Shown here: piece after piece, positions 1 through 7,766 of the stretch | Position numbering within the stretch: the stretch's first letter is position 1 | Layout of the letters: the number at the start of each line of letters is the position of its first letter | IMG/VR virus record: IMGVR_UViG_3300021255_002536 | Coordinates: 1-64,000 of that record | Strand: one strand, 5' to 3' | DNA length: 64,000 bases | From: a virus | Lineage: Duplodnaviria; Caudoviricetes | The notes under the pieces: model-generated | The model's input: only the letters and a program-made list of their open reading frames with translations | What the model was told of the DNA's origin: nothing | The model's database searches: none | Program-made: the position numbers and the translations under genes

Positions 1-192
1 GGTCTCGCGTGAGATAGGGGTGTTTTTTTCGTATGGTTCCTCTGATTATCAGAAAGTTACACACAATTTTCGGCAGGGTGCCGCAAAAGAACCTCGCGGA
101 AAGAGCGGAATTTCCCTGATATAAACCAAATTTGGAACGGAGAAAAGAAAAAATTAATTTTTTCAAAGAACCGATAAACATCAAAAAGGAAC

Positions 193-290
193 TTCGTGCG
201 ACAAAACTGCCAGTTCGTGCGACGCATCTGCCATTTTGTGCGACGGGACTGACATTTTGTGCGACGGGACTGCCATTTTGTGCGACGCAA
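193..290. repeat. Five tandem 21-bp repeats (core TTYGTGCGAC)
   Basis: GTGCGAC starts at 196, 217, 238, 259 and 280 (period exactly 21). Confidence 0.9.
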
Positions 291-297
291 AGGAAAA

Positions 298-331
298 GTC
301 ACATGGTACGGGGGCAAAATGCGTAACTTTG
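298..331 (+). promoter_or_regulatory. Phage-type promoter GTCAC-N21-TAACTTTG
   Basis: GTCAC 298-302, TAACTTTG 324-331, ATG at 355. Confidence 0.75.
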
Positions 332-354
332 TAGCGACAAAAAAAGATAGGATT

Positions 355-897
355 ATGGCAGTACAGTTAGACAAACCTCGCAGACCGATAAACGTAGTGC
401 TAAGGTCGTTTGCTCGGCAGGCCGTGCAGCAGCTGGAGAGTGACTTCAGAACGCAGCACATCTACCCCTACGAGATTTACCCTGGCTATAAGCAAGTGAA
501 TGAGCGTCGCAGAATGAAAGCGATGGCAGGCTCAGGCGACTGGTATGCCACCGGACAGGGTATAAACTCGTTTCAGTATGAGGTGATGTCGGCTGCTGAA
601 GGCAACGAGACCATCCGCATCGAGTTTCTTGATCACCTGCGTTTCGTGGATATGGGTACTGCGGGTGGTAAGAAGATTGAGACCATCCAGCGCCAGCGTA
701 AGGCGAAGCATAACAAACGCTACGTGGCTATCTGGGACTCTCGCGGTGGCGACCAGCACCGTCCATCGATTATGCGTGAGGCTCGGCACATCGAGGCACG
801 TATGACCAACTATCTCCAGGACTTCTATGGCCGTGAGGTGCAGGCAGTGGTCTATAAGACCTTCGCAGGCATGAAGGCCATCGACCTAAACGTATAA
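355..897 (+). CDS. Putative tail completion/neck protein (HK97 gp10-like)
   Basis: Start moved to ATG 355, downstream of the -7 box; TG..xSF and F..HLRFVDMG motifs recall gp10-like proteins. Confidence 0.5.
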   Translation: MAVQLDKPRRPINVVLRSFARQAVQQLESDFRTQHIYPYEIYPGYKQVNERRRMKAMAGSGDWYATGQGINSFQYEVMSAAEGNETIRIEFLDHLRFVDMGTAGGKKIETIQRQRKAKHNKRYVAIWDSRGGDQHRPSIMREARHIEARMTNYLQDFYGREVQAVVYKTFAGMKAIDLNV

Positions 898-901
898 GCG
901 T

Positions 902-1219
902 ATGCCAACGAAACAGCCATCTACATCGTATCAGCACATCAGGAATTACACCGAGAAGTTCCAGTGGCGCGATAAGACTACGGGCCTGCTGACCACGGGC
1001 TACAATCCTCCGCTGGGCGCGAAAGAGTTGCAGCGGGTGCCATTCCACATTGTGTATGTCACCAAAAGCGGACGTTTGGAGCGTGGTAACTGTGTGTGTC
1101 TGAAGGTTGACCGTCGTAAAGGCATGCGCATGGTGCAGTTCTTAGAGTCGAACCAATTCCGATGGGTGTATGATATCCTCGTAATCGAAATCGACGGCAT
1201 GCGCTTCTTTGCACACTAA
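902..1219 (+). CDS. Hypothetical phage protein
   Basis: 105-aa ORF 4 nt after the previous gene, ends at a terminator. Confidence 0.7.
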   Translation: MPTKQPSTSYQHIRNYTEKFQWRDKTTGLLTTGYNPPLGAKELQRVPFHIVYVTKSGRLERGNCVCLKVDRRKGMRMVQFLESNQFRWVYDILVIEIDGMRFFAH

Positions 1220-1249
1220 AAAAGCTGCTCGTTAAAGCAGCTTGTTTTT
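1218..1249. terminator. Bidirectional intrinsic terminator
   Basis: A-run, AAGCTGC...GCAGCTT stem, T-run, between convergent genes. Confidence 0.65.
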
Positions 1250-1726
1250 GCGATTGATCTCCATCCAGGGAACCTTTGGGAAATACTTACTGATATTGTC
1301 TTTGGTGATGGGTATCTCTATCCATTCGTCGGTACCCATATACATCACCTGAATCTGGAAGGGGAAGGCCGTGTAGTTGTTACCGGTAACTACTCCACTG
1401 AGCCAGGGCGAAAAGGACTTACCCTTCTCGAATGGGCCAGTACACTCCATGCGCTTCGGTTTAACAAACTCCTGGTCATCAGACTTGATGCCAGTATGCA
1501 ATCCAGAGACTACATCGCCAACAGCATTCACGATGTAGAAATCCACCAACACATACTTCAAATCGCGGTCGGCTGTGACCTTGAACTTGGTATTAAGCAT
1601 CTTACGACCAGGGAAGGCTCCAAAGGGATTGTCCGTAGTCAGCTTGAACTTCGAGAACTCTACCTGAGCCGAGGCAGAGGTGACAGCAATAGCCATCAGG
1701 AGAAAAGAAATAATTAGTTTTTTCAT
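1232..1726 (-). CDS. Exported protein with Sec signal peptide (possible moron or superinfection exclusion)
   Basis: MKKLIISFLLMAIAVTSASA-Q signal peptide; directly downstream of the HTH regulator. Confidence 0.7.
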   Translation of the reverse strand: MKKLIISFLLMAIAVTSASAQVEFSKFKLTTDNPFGAFPGRKMLNTKFKVTADRDLKYVLVDFYIVNAVGDVVSGLHTGIKSDDQEFVKPKRMECTGPFEKGKSFSPWLSGVVTGNNYTAFPFQIQVMYMGTDEWIEIPITKDNISKYFPKVPWMEINRKNKLL

Positions 1727-1753
1727 AAACGTATGAATTAATGAGTTAATGAA

Positions 1754-2125
1754 TTAATCATCGGGTAATTGTGTGACTTTGAGTTTTGCGCCACAGTCAG
1801 GACAATGGAAAATAATGTTTCCATCATCAGAAATCACAGGGGCCTTTGAACCATCATTGAGACTGTCGCCATGGTTCGTACTGCTTTGCTTCATCAGTTC
1901 GAGATCGAAAAAGTCGGTAAAGGGGATGCCAGTAGCGACGGAGAGCTGATAGACACGATAGACGTTGGGCGTATAGTTGACCATATCGTGAATAGAGGTA
2001 ACAGAGCACTCCAGCAGCTCTGCCAGACGCTCGTAACTGAAACCATAGGCACGGAGCACACGCTTTGCAATGTACCAGGCAGGGGTAAACTCCTTATCCT
2101 TTGTTGATAACTTTGTCTTTGCCAT
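1754..2125 (-). CDS. XRE/Cro-CI-type HTH regulator with C-terminal CPxC knuckle
   Basis: GFSYERLAELLECSVTSIHDMV...LSVATGIPFTDFF HTH; FHCPDCG tail. Confidence 0.75.
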   Translation of the reverse strand: MAKTKLSTKDKEFTPAWYIAKRVLRAYGFSYERLAELLECSVTSIHDMVNYTPNVYRVYQLSVATGIPFTDFFDLELMKQSSTNHGDSLNDGSKAPVISDDGNIIFHCPDCGAKLKVTQLPDD

Positions 2126-2159
2126 AATCGGGAATAAATAAATATTTGAATTTCGGGGG

Positions 2160-2191
2160 CAAAGATAAGAACAATTTGCGATATTTGCAAG
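2160..2191 (-). promoter_or_regulatory. Host-type sigma promoter for the HTH regulator
   Basis: Minus strand CTTG-N20-TATCTTTG; no GTCAC element. Confidence 0.55.
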
Positions 2192-2243
2192 AAAAAGCGA
2201 AAGAATTTTAGTAAAAGGCGAAAAATTTAACGAAAAAGGGGAT

Positions 2244-2285
2244 AAAAACCCCGCTCAGGAACGTTGTGGGTTCGAGAGCGGGGTT
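2244..2285 (-). terminator. Intrinsic terminator ending the leftward structural unit
   Basis: CCCCGCTC/GAGCGGGG stem followed by a T-run on the minus strand. Confidence 0.7.
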
Positions 2286-2317
2286 GGTGTCAATCCGCAT
2301 ATAGTTGTGAGCAACAA

Positions 2318-2956
2318 CTATGGGTTTCCAGCATCGGTGTCGGTACCAGAGCCAGAGGGCTGTTGTGGGGTGGCAGGCTCGGCGGTGGGTACGGTGTATT
2401 GGTCGGTGTTGATGCAGTTGAGATTGCGGGGCTGGTTCTGCTCAATGGCGAGTGCCAGGACATTCCAACCGCTGTACTTCGTGGCGAGGCTGAGCCAGTT
2501 GGCCTTATCCAACTGGAGGCCAGCGAGGGCCTGCATGGTGGCAGCATCGTAGGTCTGACCCGTGATGGGACATTTGCCGGTATGCTTCAGTCGGGCGAGG
2601 TAGGCGAGAAGATCCTGCACGAACTCATCCATCGCCATCTGCACATTCATAAACTGTTCGTCATCCTGACGGGCGCTCTTGGCGAGGGAGGTCTGCTTGG
2701 AGCGCATCAGGAAGTAGATGGTGTGCTCGTAATTGACAACGAGATTGTTGGTGCCCTCTGCATCAATCAGGATGCTGTAAGCCACGCAGGGCGACTTAGC
2801 GGTATTCTGGTTGCGCACAAACTCATTGTCCTCATTGATGGCACGAATAAGGTAGAAGGCTTTCTCCTTCTTACCGTCCTTTGACTTGCGATTGTGACCG
2901 ATGGCATCGTAGAGTTCGGCCCATCGTTCAAGAATTACACTCAGGTTTGCTTTCAT
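2318..2956 (-). CDS. Putative tail terminator/virion protein
   Basis: 212-aa ORF at the end of a structural operon; function inferred from context only. Confidence 0.45.
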   Translation of the reverse strand: MKANLSVILERWAELYDAIGHNRKSKDGKKEKAFYLIRAINEDNEFVRNQNTAKSPCVAYSILIDAEGTNNLVVNYEHTIYFLMRSKQTSLAKSARQDDEQFMNVQMAMDEFVQDLLAYLARLKHTGKCPITGQTYDAATMQALAGLQLDKANWLSLATKYSGWNVLALAIEQNQPRNLNCINTDQYTVPTAEPATPQQPSGSGTDTDAGNP

Positions 2957-2972
2957 ATCTGATGCGGTTTGA

Positions 2973-2991
2973 GTTGCTGTGGCACAGCAAC
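2973..2991. repeat. REP-like 19-bp palindrome, copy 1
   Basis: GTTGCTGTG-G-CACAGCAAC just past the holin stop codon. Confidence 0.8.
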
Positions 2992-3001
2992 ATGCTTAAC
3001 A

Positions 3002-3583
3002 CTATTCCATATCCATAGGTTGCTCCATAGGAGGCATTGGGGCCTTCGGCTTACGGGGACGGCGATGCTTCTTTTCGGCCTCCTTGCCCTTCAGGATCTC
3101 TTCAAGTTCGCCTGGTCGCATATCGATGTGGCGCTCTACCTTGGAGCATACGATTTTCTGTACGACACGCGCCCATGTGGATGAGTTGCACGATGACTCG
3201 TTTTCGAGAATCGAGACGAAGGTACAGAGCACGAAGATAGCTGCTATGTACTGACCAAGGTGTAGCCCTCCGAAATGGCCTAAGAGGTGGTTATCGACAC
3301 CTTGTGCCAACAGAATACAGAGCCAGACAACCGCCAGGTCGGAAATCATCTTGAACATGTGGGCACTTTTCAGTTTACCATCAGCGCCACCTTCGGGCAC
3401 CGTGCGACGGATGCGACGGTTTAAGCGCCATGCCGTGAGGCAATCAACGATGACGGCAAACACACACATAAGGGCGTAGGGAAGCGTCGGTTCCATCCAC
3501 GCCCAGACGATCCCCAATCCCATGGCAATCCAGCGAGGGATGGAACTGAAGAAGTTCTGGAAGAATGTAAAGATACTGTTCAT
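3002..3583 (-). CDS. Phage holin (Phage_holin_4-like)
   Basis: Several TM segments, D.LTA and SILENE motifs, basic C-terminal tail. Confidence 0.75.
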   Translation of the reverse strand: MNSIFTFFQNFFSSIPRWIAMGLGIVWAWMEPTLPYALMCVFAVIVDCLTAWRLNRRIRRTVPEGGADGKLKSAHMFKMISDLAVVWLCILLAQGVDNHLLGHFGGLHLGQYIAAIFVLCTFVSILENESSCNSSTWARVVQKIVCSKVERHIDMRPGELEEILKGKEAEKKHRRPRKPKAPMPPMEQPMDME

Positions 3584-3619
3584 TGTTTCATTATTTCATT
3601 AAATCATTAATTCATTGAG

Positions 3620-3638
3620 GTCGCTGTGGCACAGCGAC
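3620..3638. repeat. REP-like 19-bp palindrome, copy 2
   Basis: GTCGCTGTG-G-CACAGCGAC, compensatory change relative to copy 1. Confidence 0.8.
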
Positions 3639-3641
3639 ATA

Positions 3642-4679
3642 CTAAACCGCTAACGAGGACAGTGGCGAGCCGTTGATGTCGAGACGGACGGAAAACTCGA
3701 TTTCGATGAGCGAGGCATTGGTGCGGTCGGGGCCTTTGACCGTATCTTCGGGTACGATGTGGCAGGGGATCCAGTGACCGGCAATCATTATCCAGGCGAA
3801 CCTCGCCATCAGGAACTCGTGCATGAACCACGCAGCCCACGCTTCATCGAGCGGGCCGGAGGTGAGTTTCCACGTCTCATAGTCATTCTTCTTAGTGACC
3901 AAGCCACGCGAGAACTGACCGAAGGATTCCTGAATGGAACGGATGTATTGCTCCTGGTTGACGTTCATTTCAGTCTCACGCATGGAGCGCACACTGACGG
4001 ATTCGAGACAGCCCAAGCCGTTGACAAAGCGGAACTGATAGCGGTCGGGCTGTCCGGCAGCCACGGCATAGATCTGACGGCCATTGACGGTCTGGAGTCC
4101 GGCGGTGGTTATATTGACTACTTGTGAGGTTGGCCCGACAGTGACATTGCCGCTGCTGACGGGTGAAGCGAATGACAGCGGGCAAACCATAGATTCACCC
4201 ACCATCACCACTTCTGGTTGTGTAGAAGGCTTGCGAGAGAAGTGCTGGGCGAGTTTACTGCCAGAGCTGAGAAGTCGCTCCAGGTCGGTATAAGCACCCA
4301 TGATGCAATACTGCGTCGTAGAGAGCGTGACCACGCCCACATTGTCGTGTACCTCACCATTCTGCATGTATTCGTCGCAGGCAGAGAGGGTGTAACCGAT
4401 GCGGGGGTAGGAGGCAGGAGGCGTGACGGTGTACTCATACTTATCGGCCACGGCACGGAGGGCGCTGCTGATGTCGAAGTACAGGATTTCGCCACTCTCA
4501 GCAGGTGAAGCAAGCGTAAGCGCCTGACTTGCGAGGTCAACACCTTCGAGGAAGCACGTCACCGTGAGTTTTACACGGTGGAAAGCACACGCCCCACTGA
4601 TGACAGCGGCCTGCACCTTATAGGTGATGGGTGAGCCTACGAGCGGCGATGCGCCTTGTATGAGTAAACCTTGTGCCAT
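3642..4679 (-). CDS. Virion structural (tail-associated) protein
   Basis: Beta-rich 345 aa; FDISSAL and F.F.N..G..ES motifs recall Bacteroidetes phage tail proteins. Confidence 0.55.
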   Translation of the reverse strand: MAQGLLIQGASPLVGSPITYKVQAAVISGACAFHRVKLTVTCFLEGVDLASQALTLASPAESGEILYFDISSALRAVADKYEYTVTPPASYPRIGYTLSACDEYMQNGEVHDNVGVVTLSTTQYCIMGAYTDLERLLSSGSKLAQHFSRKPSTQPEVVMVGESMVCPLSFASPVSSGNVTVGPTSQVVNITTAGLQTVNGRQIYAVAAGQPDRYQFRFVNGLGCLESVSVRSMRETEMNVNQEQYIRSIQESFGQFSRGLVTKKNDYETWKLTSGPLDEAWAAWFMHEFLMARFAWIMIAGHWIPCHIVPEDTVKGPDRTNASLIEIEFSVRLDINGSPLSSLAV

Positions 4680-4712
4680 TCTAATTGATAATTGAGAATT
4701 GAAAATTGAAAA

Positions 4713-6566
4713 TTAACTCTTTTGTTCATTCGGATTATCGGTGGTGACACCGGTCTTAGAGCGGTCGAGGGTGGTCATCGCCTCGCGCTGCACCTGCCAA
4801 ACGAGGTGACGATCCCACTGGTTGAAGCGGGAGAGCACTTCGAGAGGTTTGAGCATGATATTCAACTGCGGCGATTTGAGTATCTGGCGCAGCAGAAAAC
4901 GTTCGCGGATGTCGGTACCACCATTGGAGCCTACCAGTGAGAGGGGCGACGAACCAAGCAGACGGGCATCGAGGCCGAGGGCCATGAATACCACGCTGGA
5001 GAGCTCGGCAGTCTCTTTCTCGTTGGCTGCTACGGCATCCTTCGAGTTGGCTTCTATCTCCACAATCTCAAAGCTCTTATGCTCCTTCTGGTCGTTGCCC
5101 GTGAAGGTGAAGGCCAACAGCGACTGTCCGGCATTGTTGCGATTGGCGAGCCACTGGTTAATCTGCGTATAGAGTTTGTCGCGGATTTCAGCCTGTTTCT
5201 TAGCATCAGACTGTGCCTTGGCCTGGATAAACAACTGTTGCATGTAATCGTTATTCAGGTAGATCACGCGCCCGATGACATTGCTGTTACGCTTGCGCGA
5301 GAGGCGGTCGGAGAATATCGTAGTGATATACTCGTAGATGTCGCCACCAAAGATGGAGTACCAGGCTGGAGTCGGGTAATAGGGACGGCCAGCGGTGGGA
5401 TAGACAGTAGGTAGTACGAAGCGGGTGGGGCGTTTGTTGACGCTGACATTCTTCAGACGGGCCTCGCGTACTTTATCCTCCAGGTCGGCCAATGGTGACG
5501 GCACGTAGAGCGACGGCACGGCATTGACTGGAGCATTATTCTCAGCACCCTGTTCGATGAAGTACTTATCGAGCCAACGGTTTGAGCAATACACGAAGTT
5601 GATCTTACCATAGTCATCCATGCGCTCCATGCGGGTAGTGTGACAGGAGCGGTGGGCGATACCCGTAACCTTGGGTTGCCAAACCGTTGTAGATACCTCC
5701 TTGCCGTCTTTGTCGAGCTCGTGCTGATTCAGCAGCAGCTCAGGGAAGGAAATGCCAAAGAGTTCCTGGTCGAGGACTAAGGAGAGCCACGTCTGGGCGA
5801 GGTTGTTACGGTCTAAGAACTCCTGTACCTGCGGGTCGGTCTTAGTCCATTCTTCAAGGGCCGATTTCAGTTCGGCAATCTGCTCGTTGATGGACGTTTT
5901 GAGCGCGTCGAAAGTATCAGAGGCGGGGGTGGTCGTAGCACGACCACTTACTGCACCGGCAATGGGCGAACCATTGCCCACTGTGCCTTCGCCTTCATCG
6001 TTAGGAGCGCTCTGCTTCTGCTCCAGATTCAAAAGCTGGGTCTGAAGGTCAATAATTCGACCGCGAAGCCACTGGCCTGCGTCTTTGTAGCGGATGAACT
6101 TCTGGGTGATGTTACCACCGACGTATTGGGTAGTGTCGTACATCGGCTGTGGCCCAAGACCGGCGCATAGGTCGGCATTGAACTTGATACCGGCAGCCGT
6201 GTATGGCAGCATGTGGGTAAGGAGTGCCACGAGGTTAGGCAGGTTGTTGCCAAAACCCCACTCAATCCATCCCAGACCCTCAGTGCCTTTACCGTCAGCA
6301 CCTTGCATCGACTCGTTGCCGCTGCTGAAATAGAGCGTCGGTATCTGCTTGCGCTGCATCTTACCGTTCTGCTGGGTACCAGCACGCAGTTGTGCGCCGA
6401 TGAAGTCGGCCCATGTAATGTCGCCAGGGCCATCCATATTATAATAAGAACGGTCGCCAGGCATCAGGACAGAATAGCCTTTGCTATGCAGGTCGGCAGC
6501 CTTACGGATGAAGTCGCCTGCCTTTACGCGGGTGATGACTTTGGGTGTTTGATTCTTCTTTGCCAT
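4713..6566 (-). CDS. Portal protein
   Basis: W..WG..NNLP, GRPYYPTPAW, N.NNAGQ, GGTDIRE and PLE motifs of Bacteroidetes phage portals; start placed at ATG 6566, downstream of the -7 box. Confidence 0.75.
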   Translation of the reverse strand: MAKKNQTPKVITRVKAGDFIRKAADLHSKGYSVLMPGDRSYYNMDGPGDITWADFIGAQLRAGTQQNGKMQRKQIPTLYFSSGNESMQGADGKGTEGLGWIEWGFGNNLPNLVALLTHMLPYTAAGIKFNADLCAGLGPQPMYDTTQYVGGNITQKFIRYKDAGQWLRGRIIDLQTQLLNLEQKQSAPNDEGEGTVGNGSPIAGAVSGRATTTPASDTFDALKTSINEQIAELKSALEEWTKTDPQVQEFLDRNNLAQTWLSLVLDQELFGISFPELLLNQHELDKDGKEVSTTVWQPKVTGIAHRSCHTTRMERMDDYGKINFVYCSNRWLDKYFIEQGAENNAPVNAVPSLYVPSPLADLEDKVREARLKNVSVNKRPTRFVLPTVYPTAGRPYYPTPAWYSIFGGDIYEYITTIFSDRLSRKRNSNVIGRVIYLNNDYMQQLFIQAKAQSDAKKQAEIRDKLYTQINQWLANRNNAGQSLLAFTFTGNDQKEHKSFEIVEIEANSKDAVAANEKETAELSSVVFMALGLDARLLGSSPLSLVGSNGGTDIRERFLLRQILKSPQLNIMLKPLEVLSRFNQWDRHLVWQVQREAMTTLDRSKTGVTTDNPNEQKS

Positions 6567-6587
6567 AATAACAGCTTTTATTTTTGG

Positions 6588-6624
6588 CAAAGTTAGTCAA
6601 AAGGGATTTTGAGGTCGTGACAAA
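6588..6624 (-). promoter_or_regulatory. Phage-type promoter TTTGTCAC-N21-TAACTTTG (portal unit)
   Basis: + strand caaagtta 6588-6595 and gtgacaaa 6617-6624. Confidence 0.8.
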
Positions 6625-6635
6625 TGAGTTTTGGG

Positions 6636-6654
6636 GTTGCTATGGCATAGCAAC
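6636..6654. repeat. REP-like 19-bp palindrome, copy 3
   Basis: GTTGCTATG-G-CATAGCAAC. Confidence 0.8.
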
Positions 6655-6658
6655 ATAC

Positions 6659-7726
6659 TTAACCCTTTTTGCGGGACTTCAATTTGGCGTTGAGCTTTTC
6701 AGTCTCTTCATTGCGGCGGGTGATATCTTCGAGTTGCTGAAGGATGGTGGTGTAGGGCTCGCGGTCGATGTCGGAAGCCGTCGCATGGAGATACTTTTCG
6801 AGGGTGGCCGTCGTGCGGGTGTAAAGTTCGAGGGGGTTGACACGCTTTTTCTTCTTATCCTTGGCCACGGGCTGCATCTTAAACACCTTCGGATAGGTCT
6901 TGGCGAGGTAGTGCATCATGCCCTGCCACCAAAGCGTGACTATCTGCCAGTCGCGGTCGGGGAAGTTGCGGAAGTACTGCGCATTGTCGCTATGCTGGTT
7001 GGACTGGTAGCGGAAATCGCGCTTGGTCTTACCAGTGGTCTCATCGACGAAGGCAATCTTACGGCAGAAAATGGTAGCGAGAAACATCGCCTTGGCGAGA
7101 TCCACGGCCTTGTATGCCTTCAGGAGGTCGCGAGGGAGTACCTTTTTGCCCAGCTGCTGCATCTGCAAGAGGTGATTTGACTGGTTAGAATACATTTCCA
7201 TGTAGTCCTGGGCAAAACGAAAACGTTTCCAGGTGAAGCCGTCCATCAATGGTGACGGGCCTTCGAAGGTAACAGAGCGAAGGCAATAACTACGACGGCG
7301 GGAAATACGCTCGAAGGGGAACAGCAGGAGGTTATCTTTCGACTCCGGAGAGAGCCAGTCGAGCATGCCAGGAATGGTTGCACCATTGACAGGATTCTTT
7401 CGCGGCGAGAGCCAGGAATGGATCTGCCATAGGTAGAGAGCAAAAGGCTCAGACTTAGTTGAAAATTGATAATTGAAAATCGAAAATTTAGGGGTACGAA
7501 TGCGGACGGTGTAGTACTGATCTTCGACGGCAGCAACGGGATTGAGACCTTGTACGATTTCGAGGTTGGTGAGGGCAAAGAACACGCCCACCTTCACCTC
7601 CAGCATGTCGAAGGGGTGATACTTATCAGAGCGCATGGCACAGTCCTGTAGCACTTCGGCAATAGCACGGAGTTGGGGGAGCGTGCAGCGGTTCCAACTG
7701 GTAGGGAGGGAGAGATTGATATTCAT
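6659..7726 (-). CDS. Hypothetical morphogenesis protein (possible tail assembly chaperone)
   Basis: 355-aa ORF with LPTSW..CT..QL N-terminus; function from context only. Confidence 0.5.
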   Translation of the reverse strand: MNINLSLPTSWNRCTLPQLRAIAEVLQDCAMRSDKYHPFDMLEVKVGVFFALTNLEIVQGLNPVAAVEDQYYTVRIRTPKFSIFNYQFSTKSEPFALYLWQIHSWLSPRKNPVNGATIPGMLDWLSPESKDNLLLFPFERISRRRSYCLRSVTFEGPSPLMDGFTWKRFRFAQDYMEMYSNQSNHLLQMQQLGKKVLPRDLLKAYKAVDLAKAMFLATIFCRKIAFVDETTGKTKRDFRYQSNQHSDNAQYFRNFPDRDWQIVTLWWQGMMHYLAKTYPKVFKMQPVAKDKKKKRVNPLELYTRTTATLEKYLHATASDIDREPYTTILQQLEDITRRNEETEKLNAKLKSRKKG

Positions 7727-7742
7727 AGACTGAGGATTTTAG

Positions 7743-7761
7743 GGTGCTGTGGCATAGCAAC
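7743..7761. repeat. REP-like 19-bp palindrome, copy 4 (degenerate)
   Basis: GGTGCTGTG-G-CATAGCAAC. Confidence 0.7.
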
Positions 7762-7766
7762 AGACA

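Noticed and set aside
193-290. CRISPR array
   Set aside because: Head-to-tail 21-bp units with no unique spacers, and no cas genes.
57-461. ORFs 57-461(-) and 132-326(+), and the 259-354 extension of the + gene
   Set aside because: They translate the tandem repeat and promoter; the real start is probably ATG 355.
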